Assembly (NCBI GenBank): GCA_030248215.1
Contig: JASANG010000753.1
Location: 1-64,000, forward strand
Reading direction: 5' to 3'
DNA length: 64,000 nt
Source of the DNA: Enoplolaimus lenunculus
Lineage: Eukaryota
Shown: piece after piece, positions 35,313 through 48,724 of the stretch
How the letters are laid out: each line of letters begins with the position of its first letter
How positions within the stretch are numbered: position 1 is the first letter of the stretch
Program-made: the position numbers and the translations under genes
Notes under the pieces: generated by a model
Told to the model about the DNA's origin: nothing
Database searches by the model: none
What the model saw: the letters and a program-made list of their open reading frames with translations, nothing else

Positions 35313-38300
35313 AGTTTTTCATACAAAACATACATATATTCACATTCTAACTATTTTTCATGCTTTAATCAAATTTTAAATCAAATGAAATAATTATTGC
35401 AGACAATAAAATAATTATAGTAGAATAATACTAAGCAGCATCGCGGAAAATGTAAAATGACTGCGGTGATTGTCACCAAAAGACTCTTTACTCTTTCATT
35501 ATTCTTAAAATACCACCAAAACACACCAAATAGCGTCAAAGTTTCAAAGCAGTGCAATGCAAAATCGTCAGGTTTGTTATTTTTATGCTCAAAATTTTCT
35601 ATACATCACACACATATCTCGCAATTTTTCATTAATACAAATATGCTGCAATTGTTCGACGTAAAATTAAAATTACAAAATTCGCGCAAAATGTTTGCTG
35701 AATAAATAAATACGGTCCCTCTCCGACGTGGGGGCATTTCAAAACTTAAACCTTTCCGTGTTTAAATCTCCCAAGCTTCCAGTGTTCAGACGTAAATAAA
35801 TAGCATGACCCATAATATATAATTCATCCATTGAATGATACGGAATGAAATACAACGAAGTTTCTTAGGATCAGTTTACATTAATATATATCAACAGTAG
35901 TAACGAATAAAGCCCAAAATTCATTACTGACAAACTCTAAAACAGAAATTTCTCATTACGGTACGAGAAAGCGTCCATCAGCCACATAAAACTTGTATAA
36001 ATAAATCAAACTTAATTTATTATTTTAATCAGTGAAAAATTCGGCCAAACTGGTGATCAATGCTATACACAGCTGAGAACATGGCTTTAAGCCATAAATA
36101 AGAATGCCCATTTATTCAAAAATCTTGATATCTGGCTTAGCGTGAACACTTTAAGCATCAATTAAATGCGCCCTACAAGAACATAAAGCTTTGATCTGAG
36201 TTTGAGCAATAAAGGAAAACAATGCTATCCTTTATTTTGTGATCCAAAGGGTTGAAATATTTCGGCCGGATGTATACCCTTTTACCCGCGCCAAACTTTT
36301 AAGAGTTAAGATGCCAAACAAACGCTATTAACAAAACTAGCCAGCGAGTGTTGAAAAAACAAAAGTTGGCTGTACGCTTTCATGTATAAAATTCATTAGA
36401 GCTAAAACGCAAATCTTCATTATAAGTTCAACTAACCCGGAATTTTTAAAATATATACTTGTTAAACTTCAGGCGCGGGTAAACCGTGGGTCGCGGGTAG
36501 ATCTATTTAGCGTGGGCAAACCCTCGAGTAAAAAAAATTATTTGACTCGTTAAAGCGTGAGTGGGGTGAAACAAATCCTTACCCACATCCCACTCTCTGA
36601 TATATGTGCAATATAAACATCGCCGCAGGCTAAGAAAGCACGAAAATTACTATAAAATCGTGTATATTTACAAGTGCTACATACAAAGTATATAAAATTA
36701 CAATCAGTATAAGCAAAATTAAAAAGAATTAAAAACTGAAACGTAACCGTTAAAGCTACTATGATTAAGCGTTGCGCTATACTCACCGCGCATCTCGTCG
36801 CAAAATGAAATTGTCATGAAGCACGCGGTGCCGCAAGGGGCGTCTTCAAATTTCCGGAGCCGCAAGGCAGCCAGCAGCGGCCTCCGTTGCCGCGCGGCGG
36901 CGAACGGCCCCACGCGGCGTACAAAAGTACAGCGCAACCCGAAACCATTTTCACCTTTTAACAACTGGAAAGGGAACTGGAAAAATCCCGATTCAATAGA
37001 ATTATAGGGATCATGACAATTCGTCGCCTGACAATTCACAACACACATGGATGGATGGTCTCGGTTAAAAACCGAGACCTGATACCTGACTATCGAGACC
37101 GGCCAAGAAAAAGCTTGGTCTCAAATACAATTATTTATGGTCATCGTCGAAAAAATTTTTAAAATTTTCAAAATAAATTATTTCTACGTATTTTTTTGCG
37201 AACTATAAAATTTCATGTTTTCACAGAAAAATTCCAATCATCAGCCATCATTTTACTTCAACAATACACTATATTTATTAGCTGAATCTTTGTCTTCTGG
37301 TCTCGGTTCCAAACCACTGAGACTCATAAAAGCCAGACCGACACGTGTCAACTACCGAGACTTGCCGAGACCGAGACTCCCATCCCATCAACCGAACATG
37401 TCATCAACCCCAAAATGTTGTTGCCTGCCTTGGGTTCCGGTGACTGACAAGTTTTCAGGGTTGATGTAATGTCGAGCTACGAGTTGTCAAAAATCCCCGA
37501 ACTCATAATCACAAATATCACTTACTCAACCAATTTAGTGCAACGTTCTTATGGTGTCGTCCTGGTACGTAATCCAGAGCCGAGTCGAAATATTAGAAAC
37601 TTCCTCGAATTTCTGACAACGCCAATATCAAACGTTTATAAAACGAGCATAAAATGTTTTAATTAGCGTCTGTGGTACTTAGAAAAGGAACAGCCGGCGC
37701 CTGTACACTTCGCCCCCACATTTATGATCAAGACTTATGCTCAATCATAGGCATAGGTAAAGGTATAGGCTTAGACTTACGCAAGCCTTTTCCGAACCCC
37801 ACGCTTGAGCCATAGCCTGAGTCTACGCTTGTAGGAGAAGTGTACAAAGGACGAACATGCCACACCTGCGCAATGCTACCCCTGCGCGAGTCCAACTTAA
37901 GCAAAAAATACTTCTTGAGAAAATTTGCGTTATAACATATACAGATATAAAACAGTATTAAAACATAGTGACTGCCCTAATCTCGATTCAAACTGGACGA
38001 TTCTGAATTTTCCGCAGTTAGACAAAATGGTTATAACGAGTTATTGTCAAATAACTAATTTAGCGGCATCCGAACTCACTGTCTGAGCGCCAAACCAGTT
38101 ATTTAACTATAACACGTTATCAATTCGAAATGATCGGGCCCGGTCATGAGAACCTTAAATATGCCAAAAATTTTGAAAAATCCGCCCATTTTTCGATAAA
38201 CGCCCGCTAGGGGTAAGTAAAAGACTCAAAATTGCATTGACCATTTGCGCCGGAACAAAAAGGTAAATGTTATAGGAATGAAACCCCCTACGCTTCCTGC

Positions 38301-39881
38301 CAATAACATCCAACCTCATCCCGGGGCCCGTAGCCATGGAGGGATCAGCCTTCCCCCCTAGAAAATTTTCAACTTTGCTTGAAAGTCATAAAAACCCTTG
38401 AATGCCCCTCCTGAAAAATTTCTTGTGCCCCTAGCAAGGTGATCTGGCTACGGGTATGTCTCATCCGATACAACTACTGTACATAAACTTAAAGCTAAAC
38501 ACAGGGAACCGGACAGAAAATCAATTATAAACGAGCAAATTTTCACAGTTCAATAGACATAAATACACAATCCGTTTAAACACAAACAACAACAAAATAC
38601 TGCCACAAACAGAAGCAAATCTAATCAAAATTTGACCGCGGCTATTGCTATTTAGCGTTTTAACATTACCGCCGGCTGAAAATATTCAGTAGTCCAAACG
38701 AAAAAAACTATTACATAGCTAAACATATACCATTGGTTTACGGTTCCGGATTCAGAAATAACTTGGTATGGTACTACGGCGCAACCGGGAATAAAATTTC
38801 AGGCAGCAGACCCGGAAGCCGAAAATAATACATTTTCTACCGGAACCGGAACTGTACAGCGGAAAATAATTGCGGCCGAACAACTAAATTTTTACCACAA
38901 CAGAGTTCAAATACATCCACCATACGTATTTTTGTCACCGCTTATTATGAAATCGGCAAACCTTCAAAATTATCCGACGAAAAAATAGCAGAACAAAAAT
39001 TAGTATTAAAAGAACCGGCAAGTGAAAATACCGGATATGCTTACCGGAACCGCAATTGCGCTTGCACCCTGCTTGAAGCTATTGTGTCTTCCGCTTGACA
39101 TAGTGCATGGGTAAGCTTCAGGCTAAAGATTGTTTACATTCTAAAATATCGCATGTATAGTCAGATCACAAAAATTTAAACGCGAAACTAAAATTAAAGC
39201 ATTGCTTCCACCATTAAGCTACATAAATAATTACTACAAAAATATAAACATAAATAAACTCTTCACCGGAACATAAACAATAAAATTATCGACAAAAGCG
39301 AGTGTACGCATAACACTGACGATCCGAACATGAAAGAGCGGCCTAGCCGGCTGCGCCTCACTGAATGTATTTTGTAGACAGATGGAGTTTTAGTTAAAAA
39401 AATCGAGTGATACCCGCTTGAAATACATATTAACGTTCGTCCACCTTAAAGAATCCTGGTACCGCCAGGTATCGCATAATATACACAAATTTCAACGAAA
39501 ACAGCTGTATAGTGCAACGACCACAAGCGTCCAATATCGGTGGTTGGTTTCAAAAAATGCAGCGATATAAAATACACAACACTACTTCAGAATCCAATCT
39601 CTTCAACGCTCCCAAGTTTCGATGTAGTGATTTGTAAATATCACAAGAGGCAGCAGCTTTAACCCTTAGCTCAAAGTGCCCCATTCTCAGCTGTATGTAA
39701 CAACAACAAGTAGTTACCAAGACATCTCCAACAACCCCACACCAACCAAAAAAGCCCCCAACCCCACCACCCCAAAAACCAACAAACCAAGCCGTTCTAT
39801 CTCCGTTACGTAAACAAAACGAAACACTAACTGGCTATTGGCTCTATACAATCTTGACGATGGTACAGCCGAAATCCGATC

Positions 39882-42800
39882 TTACATAAACTGTTTCCGG
39901 ACTGTTCTTCTACTTGCCGGGGTAGGTATGCGGGACATCGGGGTACCAGACGATGCTTGGGTGGCTCCAAGCACTGGTAGCTTCGAAACATTACTAGTTT
40001 TTGGTATCTCAGTGGTTTTGCTACCGGTACCAACGGTTTCACTTAACGAGACACGCAAAGACGGACCACCATCGGAACTTGGTTCTACCGTCGAAAACAA
40101 CTGATCTGGTGTCAAAGTAGCTTCCATAATCGATGCTGTTTGCGGTGAATCTTGCAAATCATCACGCTGGAATTATTATTGAATGAAATCGATTAATATT
40201 GGCAAATTTATTCAAAACTATAAATTTGAACTGTTAAAAGAACAGTGCAAAACACTAAATAGTGTCATTGCAAATCATCACACTGTAATTTGAATAAAAA
40301 ACTTTCTAGATGACAAATAAACTTTTGAGAAAATTGTCTAATATTATCACTTTTTAGTAGTATGATCCAAAGGGCAACCCTACAAGCAACTCAGGGTAAA
40401 AATACTCTTATTCAAAAAATCGGAGCATCGCAATGATATGATGCAGCAATGCAGGAATCATCTTAAATCCCATTTGTAAAATTTGATTGATATTTTGCGT
40501 TCGAATGAATCCAATGTTCGTAATGCAGTCAACTTAACTGCTTCAAAAGTCATTACTACGACTGCAATAAATGGTTCTATTCAAAGCCCAAACCTGGGCC
40601 TTTAATGGACCGAGCCTCAAAATTAAGACAAATTATCCTGTGTGAACCATCCAGATTCACTAATGGTTAAACCCATGTAGACTGTAACCAAAACTCGTAA
40701 ATACGTTTAACAAGTTCATCTTTAAAAAGCACAGCCTTGCAAATAAAGCCAAACTAACCGTTTGGGACGTTGGTGTTACATGCGGCTTGCTTAGATCTGG
40801 AGGACTATTAGTACAATTTGCCAAATATTCGTCGTAATTCAACCCGGTTGTAGCATCACACGGCAGCGGATCAGCAGCGAACGGAGCTAAACTGGCATAC
40901 GAACCGCTTTCACTCATTGTGTCTGTGCAGTTAATTCTAGTTGGCGCAGCCGAATTACCACTTGCACCTGTAGCATCACGGCTACCACCGATTAAATTCG
41001 GTAAGCTCTTTCGGTGAAGTTCTACAATAATAAAAAATATATATACAATGCTTTAGGTCCCAGTAGTTAAATTTTATTTACTATGGAATTAGGCGTATAT
41101 ATTAGTAACATTTAAATTTCTCGTCCAGAGTTTAACCACATAGTATTTGTTCCCCGTCATTTTTATCGTATAATATACGTTTAAAAACTATTTACAATAG
41201 TTTCTGACCATCATCAAAATGTATTTTGCGGACGATACAACACAGTTTGATTTCCCACATGTATAAAACATTTTCACACACTTTACGCAAGTTTATCACG
41301 CCGTGTATTCCGCTTTGGGCTGGTTTACACACAGCACTGAGTCTTATCGACTTAATAACAGCAAGCTGCATATCGTTTACTATTGAGGAGACCAGGTAGC
41401 AATTGAATATGATTTTTCACAATAGTTTGTGAGCACTAAGTCAGAATATTCTCGTGCCATTCATGTACAAGTTAAGCAACAAACAAACATAAACAAAACC
41501 GATGCAACCTACCGCTTTCAAGCAGCTGATGGACCATCCCCGCAGAAGTGAAACGGGCCCGGCCGCCCTTAATTGCAGCAGGAATTCCCGTTCGCGGTAT
41601 CATTGAGGGCCTCGGTAAACCCGGTTTCGATTTAAGCGAATAACAATCTGCATTCGTAGTGCTACCACTAGCGCTACTGCGATGACCGACTGAGCTCGAA
41701 GGTCTTGCGTCTGAAAGGCATTATAAGAAATGGCAGAATAATGCAATTCCACACTATCATCATGCGGACACCTGATACTTAACTTCTGAAATAGATGGCT
41801 CAAGATAGAAACAGTTTCTGAATACCAGGTACTGAAAGCTACGACAATTTTTGAAATATTTTGAAGTTAAAAACAATAAAACAGATTTCAAAAACAAAAG
41901 TATCGTTCCATGCTTCGAGCACAACGCAACATTAAACAAATCTAAGATATATTTTAATCTACTATAAAATTATCACGTTTTACCTAAATGCTCAATGCCT
42001 GCCAAGTGTTCGTGACTGCTTGTTTCGTCTTGGAAATGTGATACCGTGGAACAAAAACTGTCTTCCCGCTCCAGTGTTGAACTACTTCCCAATTTAGCCG
42101 TCGCCGGATGTTCTGGCTTACCGTCCGACGCTGTAACAAATTTAGATTCATTATGCTTGGCAGCTACGCTAGAAAAAACCATTTCTATTCTGGGTTAAGT
42201 AATTCTTATGATAAAGGTATATTATAGATAAACTGAAGTTTTGATATAACTCAATACAAATAATAATTGCATAAAAACAAGATATAGCTTTCTAACGTAT
42301 CGGGCATATTATAACAATCCAATGTTTACTTGAAATTGTAAACAACTGTTAAAAAATCTGAAAAAACACGATGACAAAAAGTCTCAAATACGAATGCTTA
42401 ATCTCAACTTTACAAAAAGTAGCCACCCATCAAGGGCCTCTGGATATCTTTGGCCTCATTTCGAGTTGTGTATCCGTCGCTTAGTTTCTAGTGATATCAT
42501 GCGTTTAAAAGATTTGAAATCGTTGGTGCGAAAGGTGCAAGAGCTACCATTCACTGCCAATAAATGCTACACATAGTTCAGAATAAAAGCAACGACTAGG
42601 ATGGAGATTACCAACTTTGACCTAACTTCAGAATAACTAAACTCAACGTTCACTTGAATCTCCACCCTGAATTCAATTTATAATTAAACCATATACATTC
42701 GTCTGTTTGGGCGTTTGCGTTATTCCCAGACGATTTGCGACGTTTGTGATTTTCTGAAACAAGGATATGAGTATTCCGGACATGAACGATACACACCTAT

Positions 42801-45800
42801 TTCTGGATTAATACAAAATAGTGAAATAATCAAAATTTTACGAATTCAGCGCTTAATCGTTTTAAATATTTTCACCTTTAAAATAACCACAAAACTTAGC
42901 CAGTTGATGCATCGATACATTTTAAATTTTATACACACATCAATAATCAAAGCTTTAACAGTACAACAAAAATTAGGCAAAAAACCACCAGACCATTTTG
43001 ACCAAATCAACCATAAAATTAAAACTTCCGTTCAACTCATTCACACTCTCAATTATACAATAATACCTTCCAATTCTCTGAAAATGCTCAAAATTTGAAA
43101 CAACGCCAAACATTTACTTGCAAGTAAATCGGCCAAACTCGCAAGGCACTTCTTCAAATCGGCTTCTTGTTCGTGAGCTCGTGCTTGAATATCTGTCAAA
43201 GGCTCGTTCAAGTCAAAACGGCGTTGCTTAGAACCTTCTGATGGTTTTGTAGCAGACCTATCGCTTTCTGGAGGGTCTATATTAGACGCAGCGGGCGATG
43301 ATTCCTGAGCAATATCACAGCTTCTACGCTCTTGGTTTGAAACCAACTGTGTGCTGTTGTAGTTTGCTGGCGACCCACAAGCATTGTTCGAAAGTTTATT
43401 TTTGGAGTCAGATATTTTGTCTAAAAGACTTGAAAAACTTGTTCCATTAAACACAATTGTGTATCTATCGACCTGCACGAACAACATTGGAACACTAACA
43501 AAACTGAATCTGCAATTCCGGAAATTACGTAATAAATCAACTAAAACGAAGCAAGACGCGGGCGCACATACGTTTATTGCAAAACTTTGTGTAAGGCCAT
43601 GAAAGTAGCCGGAACTTGGGAAGCGGTTCACGTTCAACAAATTTCGAGGGGAGACATTTCTTACGTTATCAACTGAACAAATTCTTTAAAATCATGAACA
43701 AAAATCTCAAAGGGGTTTAACACCTAGAATTCTCTCTGGAGACACCTTTGTAAAAATCTACAACATGAAGCAATTGTGAGTTTTACTCAGGTATGAAAAA
43801 TGCTTGCGATGCAACGTTTGGTAAACGTTTTTTAAAAAATATTTCAAAGGAAACCAATTTAAAAGTCACTAGAAAAGCAAAAACTCACCTTCAGTCAATT
43901 CCATCGGTTCCGTTACCGAACTCAACATTGAATCGGACATTTGAATATCAGAAGTCTGCGACGCTAACATCTGTAGGGCTTCTCGTTTCTTGCGAGCTTT
44001 CATTCTGGCCCCTAAAACAATTTTTACACAGGTTGTTTAAAACGATTCAGGATTAATTTTAAAAAATTCAATTACGTATTTCCAAAGACACAGAGTGCTG
44101 AAAAAAGTGTCATCTAAAAAATATTGCCAGTGCAAAATATGACCAATAACAAGCGAAAGCTAGCAAAGAGTAAACAGACAGCAGGCGTAGTCAGAAACTA
44201 TCCGAAAAAATACATCCAATTATGCGCCGTTCACAATAATTTTGTCAAAGGTTCCATAAAATATGCAATAGCCCATGACTATCACGAGCTCATTTTCAAA
44301 ATGACCTCGTGATAGCCTTGGGCTATAGCATATTTTGTGGCACCGTTGACAAAATTATTGTGAACGGTGCATTATCAAAGATTTAGTTTTACTTCAAATT
44401 ACCAAGCCTGATGCAATATAGGAACTAACACAAATCTTGGTGCAACCACCTAGAACTAAACAACATTCAACTATCAACTACTAAACACAATCTTTGAACC
44501 ACAACACCAACTGTCTTGGAGCTAAACGTGCAGAAAAAATGCAACAGAAAGCAATTTAATATTATATAGCGATGTGTCAGCAACAACTCAAATATATACC
44601 TAAAATAACACAGCATAAATCAAACCTGTTGCTGCAGTTACCACTTCAACATAGACACGACTTTCCGACGCAAAGCGGCTAATTCGTTTGCCAACCAATT
44701 CTGATACGACTTACAACCAAGTGAATAACACCCTCAGCACAACAATAAGCCACAAACAAGCCACACAATGCAAATTAGATAGAAAAAGCATTTTTCAAAA
44801 ACAACAATAGATACGTACTGCTTGTTATGTACCAATCTTGCAGTCCCACCTATTCACAACCAAAATACCAAAACTCTGTAACCACTGAACTTGGACAAAC
44901 CTCTATCCGCGCCGTCCAGCACACCATTGCCAGTATCTGACTTCTTTTTCGACATACTGCTTCCTTTGCCATCTTCGACGAATTGTCCTGGTTCTTTCAC
45001 CATTGCCTCACCTTTAGCCACAGCATTTTCAGCATTTCGCGATAGCGGTATCCGAGAATTAGACAACCATCCACATGCACCAACTTTGTCTTTCACAACC
45101 ACTCTCGTATCAAACGCATTTTCATCAGATCCAGTATCCTTTTCGAGCCATTCTTGTACTAGCAGTCGACTATCAACCCCGAACTGAGCTATCGCGCTCG
45201 GTACGCCACCGTCATAGCTTTTAGAGCTGGCTATAGAACCATCCATCGTCTGTTGCTTTAAATCTTCACAACTTTTAAATGAATTGTCTTTACTATTTAC
45301 GTTGCCAGCACCAATCTCACAGTGGTTTATTGCTAAAATTTCTATGAAAGTATAGTTAGTAAATGAAAAGTCATAAAATGATAATCAACCAGTGCTGAAA
45401 TACCAAAATAGCTACATGCCTTACAGAGTAAACATAAAGTTTCAAAAAAACTGATTTTGGCTTGGTTTGTACACGAGGGCGCACCGGCATTGGGGCCCAC
45501 GCTTCCCCAATTTGTATCAGTTCGTGTGCCTAAGTCAGATCAGATACAAAAATTACGCCTAGCTTCTCGCTCGCGAAGTTATTAATTATGTATTTAATTT
45601 TCGAAAAAAATTTTCTGCGGCGGTGTTCAAAGAAAAACTTCATAATCAAATTCTCCAACCTAATCAACTCAAAACTAAAATAACTAAAAATTGTACAAAG
45701 CTTCACAGTTACACAAATGCGATTTTGGCAAAATAACACACTTTAGCATTCGACCATTTTAGGTACCATTGTGCCCTTCTCCAATATTAATTTGCTTTCA

Positions 45801-48724
45801 GCGCCGCTGCCAAGCAGTTCATGAATCAAGAAACGTTTTGAGATTCTTACAGAGGGATTTAATACTGAAACAAAGTAATAGCTTCTCGCTCTCTTCACTC
45901 ACGAATTCTTCAAAAAGCTCACCCTAAATCCTGGCATCGAGTTTTCCCACACTCTATTCTAACTCCAAAACAAAAATACGCCCACAAACACCCAAAACTG
46001 AAGTTTTGTTTTAGAATTAAAGGTAATAGTGTGCAGCTTGTCGCTCGCGATATATTCTTCAAATTGTGTTTACGGAACGAACAATTCGATCTGACCCAGC
46101 TACACAGCTCATCAATAATTTAGGGGGCCTAAAAGAGGACTCTAAAAAGTTGGTCTCGAAGCCGAGTATGAAAGCGCGACGAAGCCAGAATAATTAAATG
46201 GGTCACTGCTAGAGGGTTCTAAGATCATTTTTTGGGTATTAATTTTACCAAATTATCAATGGTTGTTGGAGTTTGCTCTAATTTTGAGTTATTAGTGAAA
46301 CCTTTGCAATGAGATAATTGACACATAAACGGCTGTCATTATATAAGAAATTTTAGCCCGCAAAGTTAATTCTCTTTCTTAATTTACGTCCGAAATCGAC
46401 AAAAGTCAGACGTCGACTTAAGTCACGTGTCTGAAACCGAGCCATTGTTATTTTGACATAATAGTAGGATACGATGGGTGTAGCTAAACAAAATACTAGA
46501 ATCAGGTATTCCCAGAAATCTTAGCTTGATTTTTCCACCTATATACAACAACGGCATATAATGTTCAATTATGATATAAAACTTTGCATAATTTTTTAAA
46601 AATTCGACCAGGTTGAAAGTTTCCATTCCAATGCACTCAGGATCCAGGATCACAGCTTGAAATTTTGAAACTGAACAAAAAACCTTCAAAGCCCAAATGA
46701 ATACTAGGCGTAAATGTATATAATCGAATAAATCAAATCCAGCGAGCTAATGCAGGGTATTAAACGTGCGAAAACAACAGAAAAAGAAACTTCCCAATTA
46801 GCAATGAATATACTTATACTGGTTAAGGACCGAAAACAAAACCCCAAATACGAATAGTACCACAAATATAAAAGTTGAGCAAACATCGGTTTGTTTACTA
46901 AATCAATGACTGCAAAAATTCAAAAATTATCAAACAGAGCAAACGCAAAAAAGCTAGCTTACGCGTAAAATAGCAAGAGCATAAAGCTGTTAAAACGAAT
47001 TCATGGTATTACGTTATGCCTTCCAACACCGCTATGAGAAAACGTTTGAAAATTTTAGAATTAAAACAGAAACAGAACAAAAATGTACCAAAATCAAAAA
47101 GTCAGCATTTCATTCTCCTCTGTGAAAGGTGATAACAATCGAAAGTGAAAATGGGAGGAAAACACAAAATACACCCAACATCACAAAACACTTATAATGC
47201 ACAGTACACCATTAGATAAACGTGCATTTACACATAAATTTATTTCAAACAAAGTAAGAAGTGTGCTTCATACCGATACTAGAAGCCGTATTCTCAAGTG
47301 TGTGTAGCGGTTATCAACAACTTGCAATCAGTACAGCAACACTAAACCCAAACCAAATCCGCCGAAATGTGCTGAATTTCAAAATTTCGAACAGTAGAAA
47401 TCTCTGATGAAATAGTAAGAAGATCTATCATCAACTACTGTTGATATTTACTACACACATCTCAGAATACCAGAGGTTTGCAACTAAAACAGCATATGAC
47501 AACACTTACGAGCAAATAATCGTTCGAGTTTATGAGCCAGAGCGTTTCGCGATTTTGCGTCCAGCTTATTTACATCTTGCCGCAGCCAGGACAAAAGATC
47601 GTCGCCAGTTTGACCCGTTGTATAAAGCCTGCAACGTCATAAATCAGTAATAAAAAGCAAACTAATTCCTAGATTTGGTCTCGAGATTTCTGGGGCCAAA
47701 GTGGTCGAGCGAATAAATTTTGGAAGTAGGCATACAGATAAGAACCATAAGTAAGGGCGGCGACGATAAATTTTCCATAGTGGTAACTATCTTGACAAAG
47801 TTTCGTAAATTCTCTATTTATAAGAATAACAATGCAGCAAATACTTAATTGCAACCAGGTAATACGTACTTACACAGATACTGCACCTATTTATAAAATA
47901 CGAGTATATGATCATGTTCAGAACATTTTCAATTTCAAAAACTGAATTTATTGCAACCAGCATCGTTGTGTGGCCATAGGCAAGATCTTGCAATAACAGG
48001 ATTCCGTTCACTAAAAATTTCAAAGGAATTTCGTGTGTTGCAAACTTAAACCGTGCATAAAACTCCATGTGCAAAAATTCCAAAGAGGTGACTTTTATAC
48101 CTAGCCACGCCGTTGCTGGTGCCAATCACTACTTCAAATGCATACCAAGACTCATCATCATTATCAAGCGTTGCGCACTGAGAATCCAGATCAATGATAT
48201 CATCTTCAGAAACGTTTCCTACATTAATTCCGCTGTCACGCTTATTTGTATGAGGATCGCAACCTTGCAAAGAGTCATTATTCAACGAAACAGCAACATT
48301 GATTTGAGTTTCTTTACTGTTTCGCCGTCGTAAAATATTATTTTTCGAGTCCAGTTCTTCTTGCAGTTCGGCATGTGCTTCCAATTCCTTGACCAGCGCC
48401 CGAAGTTTCTAGAAATACGTTATGCGATACAACTCTAATTAAAAATTTAAACTAGACGGTTTAATTCAGTCCGAAAAGTATATAAGCTTGCTTCTGTGTA
48501 ACCTCAGACAAACTGGCAATTTATAGCGATGAGTTGCTCAATTACGGCGATTATGTTTTACGTTTAGTAACATACGAGTTAACTATCTAAATCTGGCCAA
48601 GTCTTTAAAAAATTCAGCAACCAAAAAGCTGGTGGCTTATAAAGATCACATAATTCTGACCACAAACCTCTAAATCGGAAGTTTTGACATCTTTAATGTC
48701 AATGCCGCCGTCGAGTAAACTCAT
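39882..48724 (-). CDS. SLAIN: SLAIN motif-containing protein-like (microtubule plus-end tracking protein)
   Basis: Exons 48724-48668, 48408-48146, 47628-47510, 45332-44901, 44011-43889, 43672-43572, 43472-~43118, (junctions between 43118 and 42190 unresolved), ~42189-41984, 41710-41513, 41021-40759, 40166-39882. N-terminal coiled coil LEKLRALVKELE, DDESWLY..WLRQDV..RNALAHKL, an 'SFAIN' motif, LTDIQARAHEQEADLK (cf. SLAIN LTDVQIMARLQEESLR), HRKSLPNL, and several SxIP-type motifs (SMIP, TGIP, SKLP, SRIP). Confidence 0.75.
44223..44371. repeat. ~150-bp near-perfect palindrome/foldback in a SLAIN-like intron
   Basis: Arms TGCGCCGTTCACAATAATTTTGTCAA... and ...TTGACAAAATTATTGTGAACGGTGCA around the centre CATTTTCAAAATG. 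Confidence 0.85.

Noticed and set aside
44626..44678. Extra SLAIN-like micro-exon
   Set aside because: The only open frame does not match the phase of the flanking exons, and the acceptor context is poor.
23297..48724. Operon-like run of three same-strand genes (SLAIN-like, RMND5, ITFG1)
   Set aside because: Intergenic gaps are 1.2-6 kb and contain MITEs, and ITFG1 has its own promoter-like motifs. Trans-splicing cannot be shown from DNA alone.
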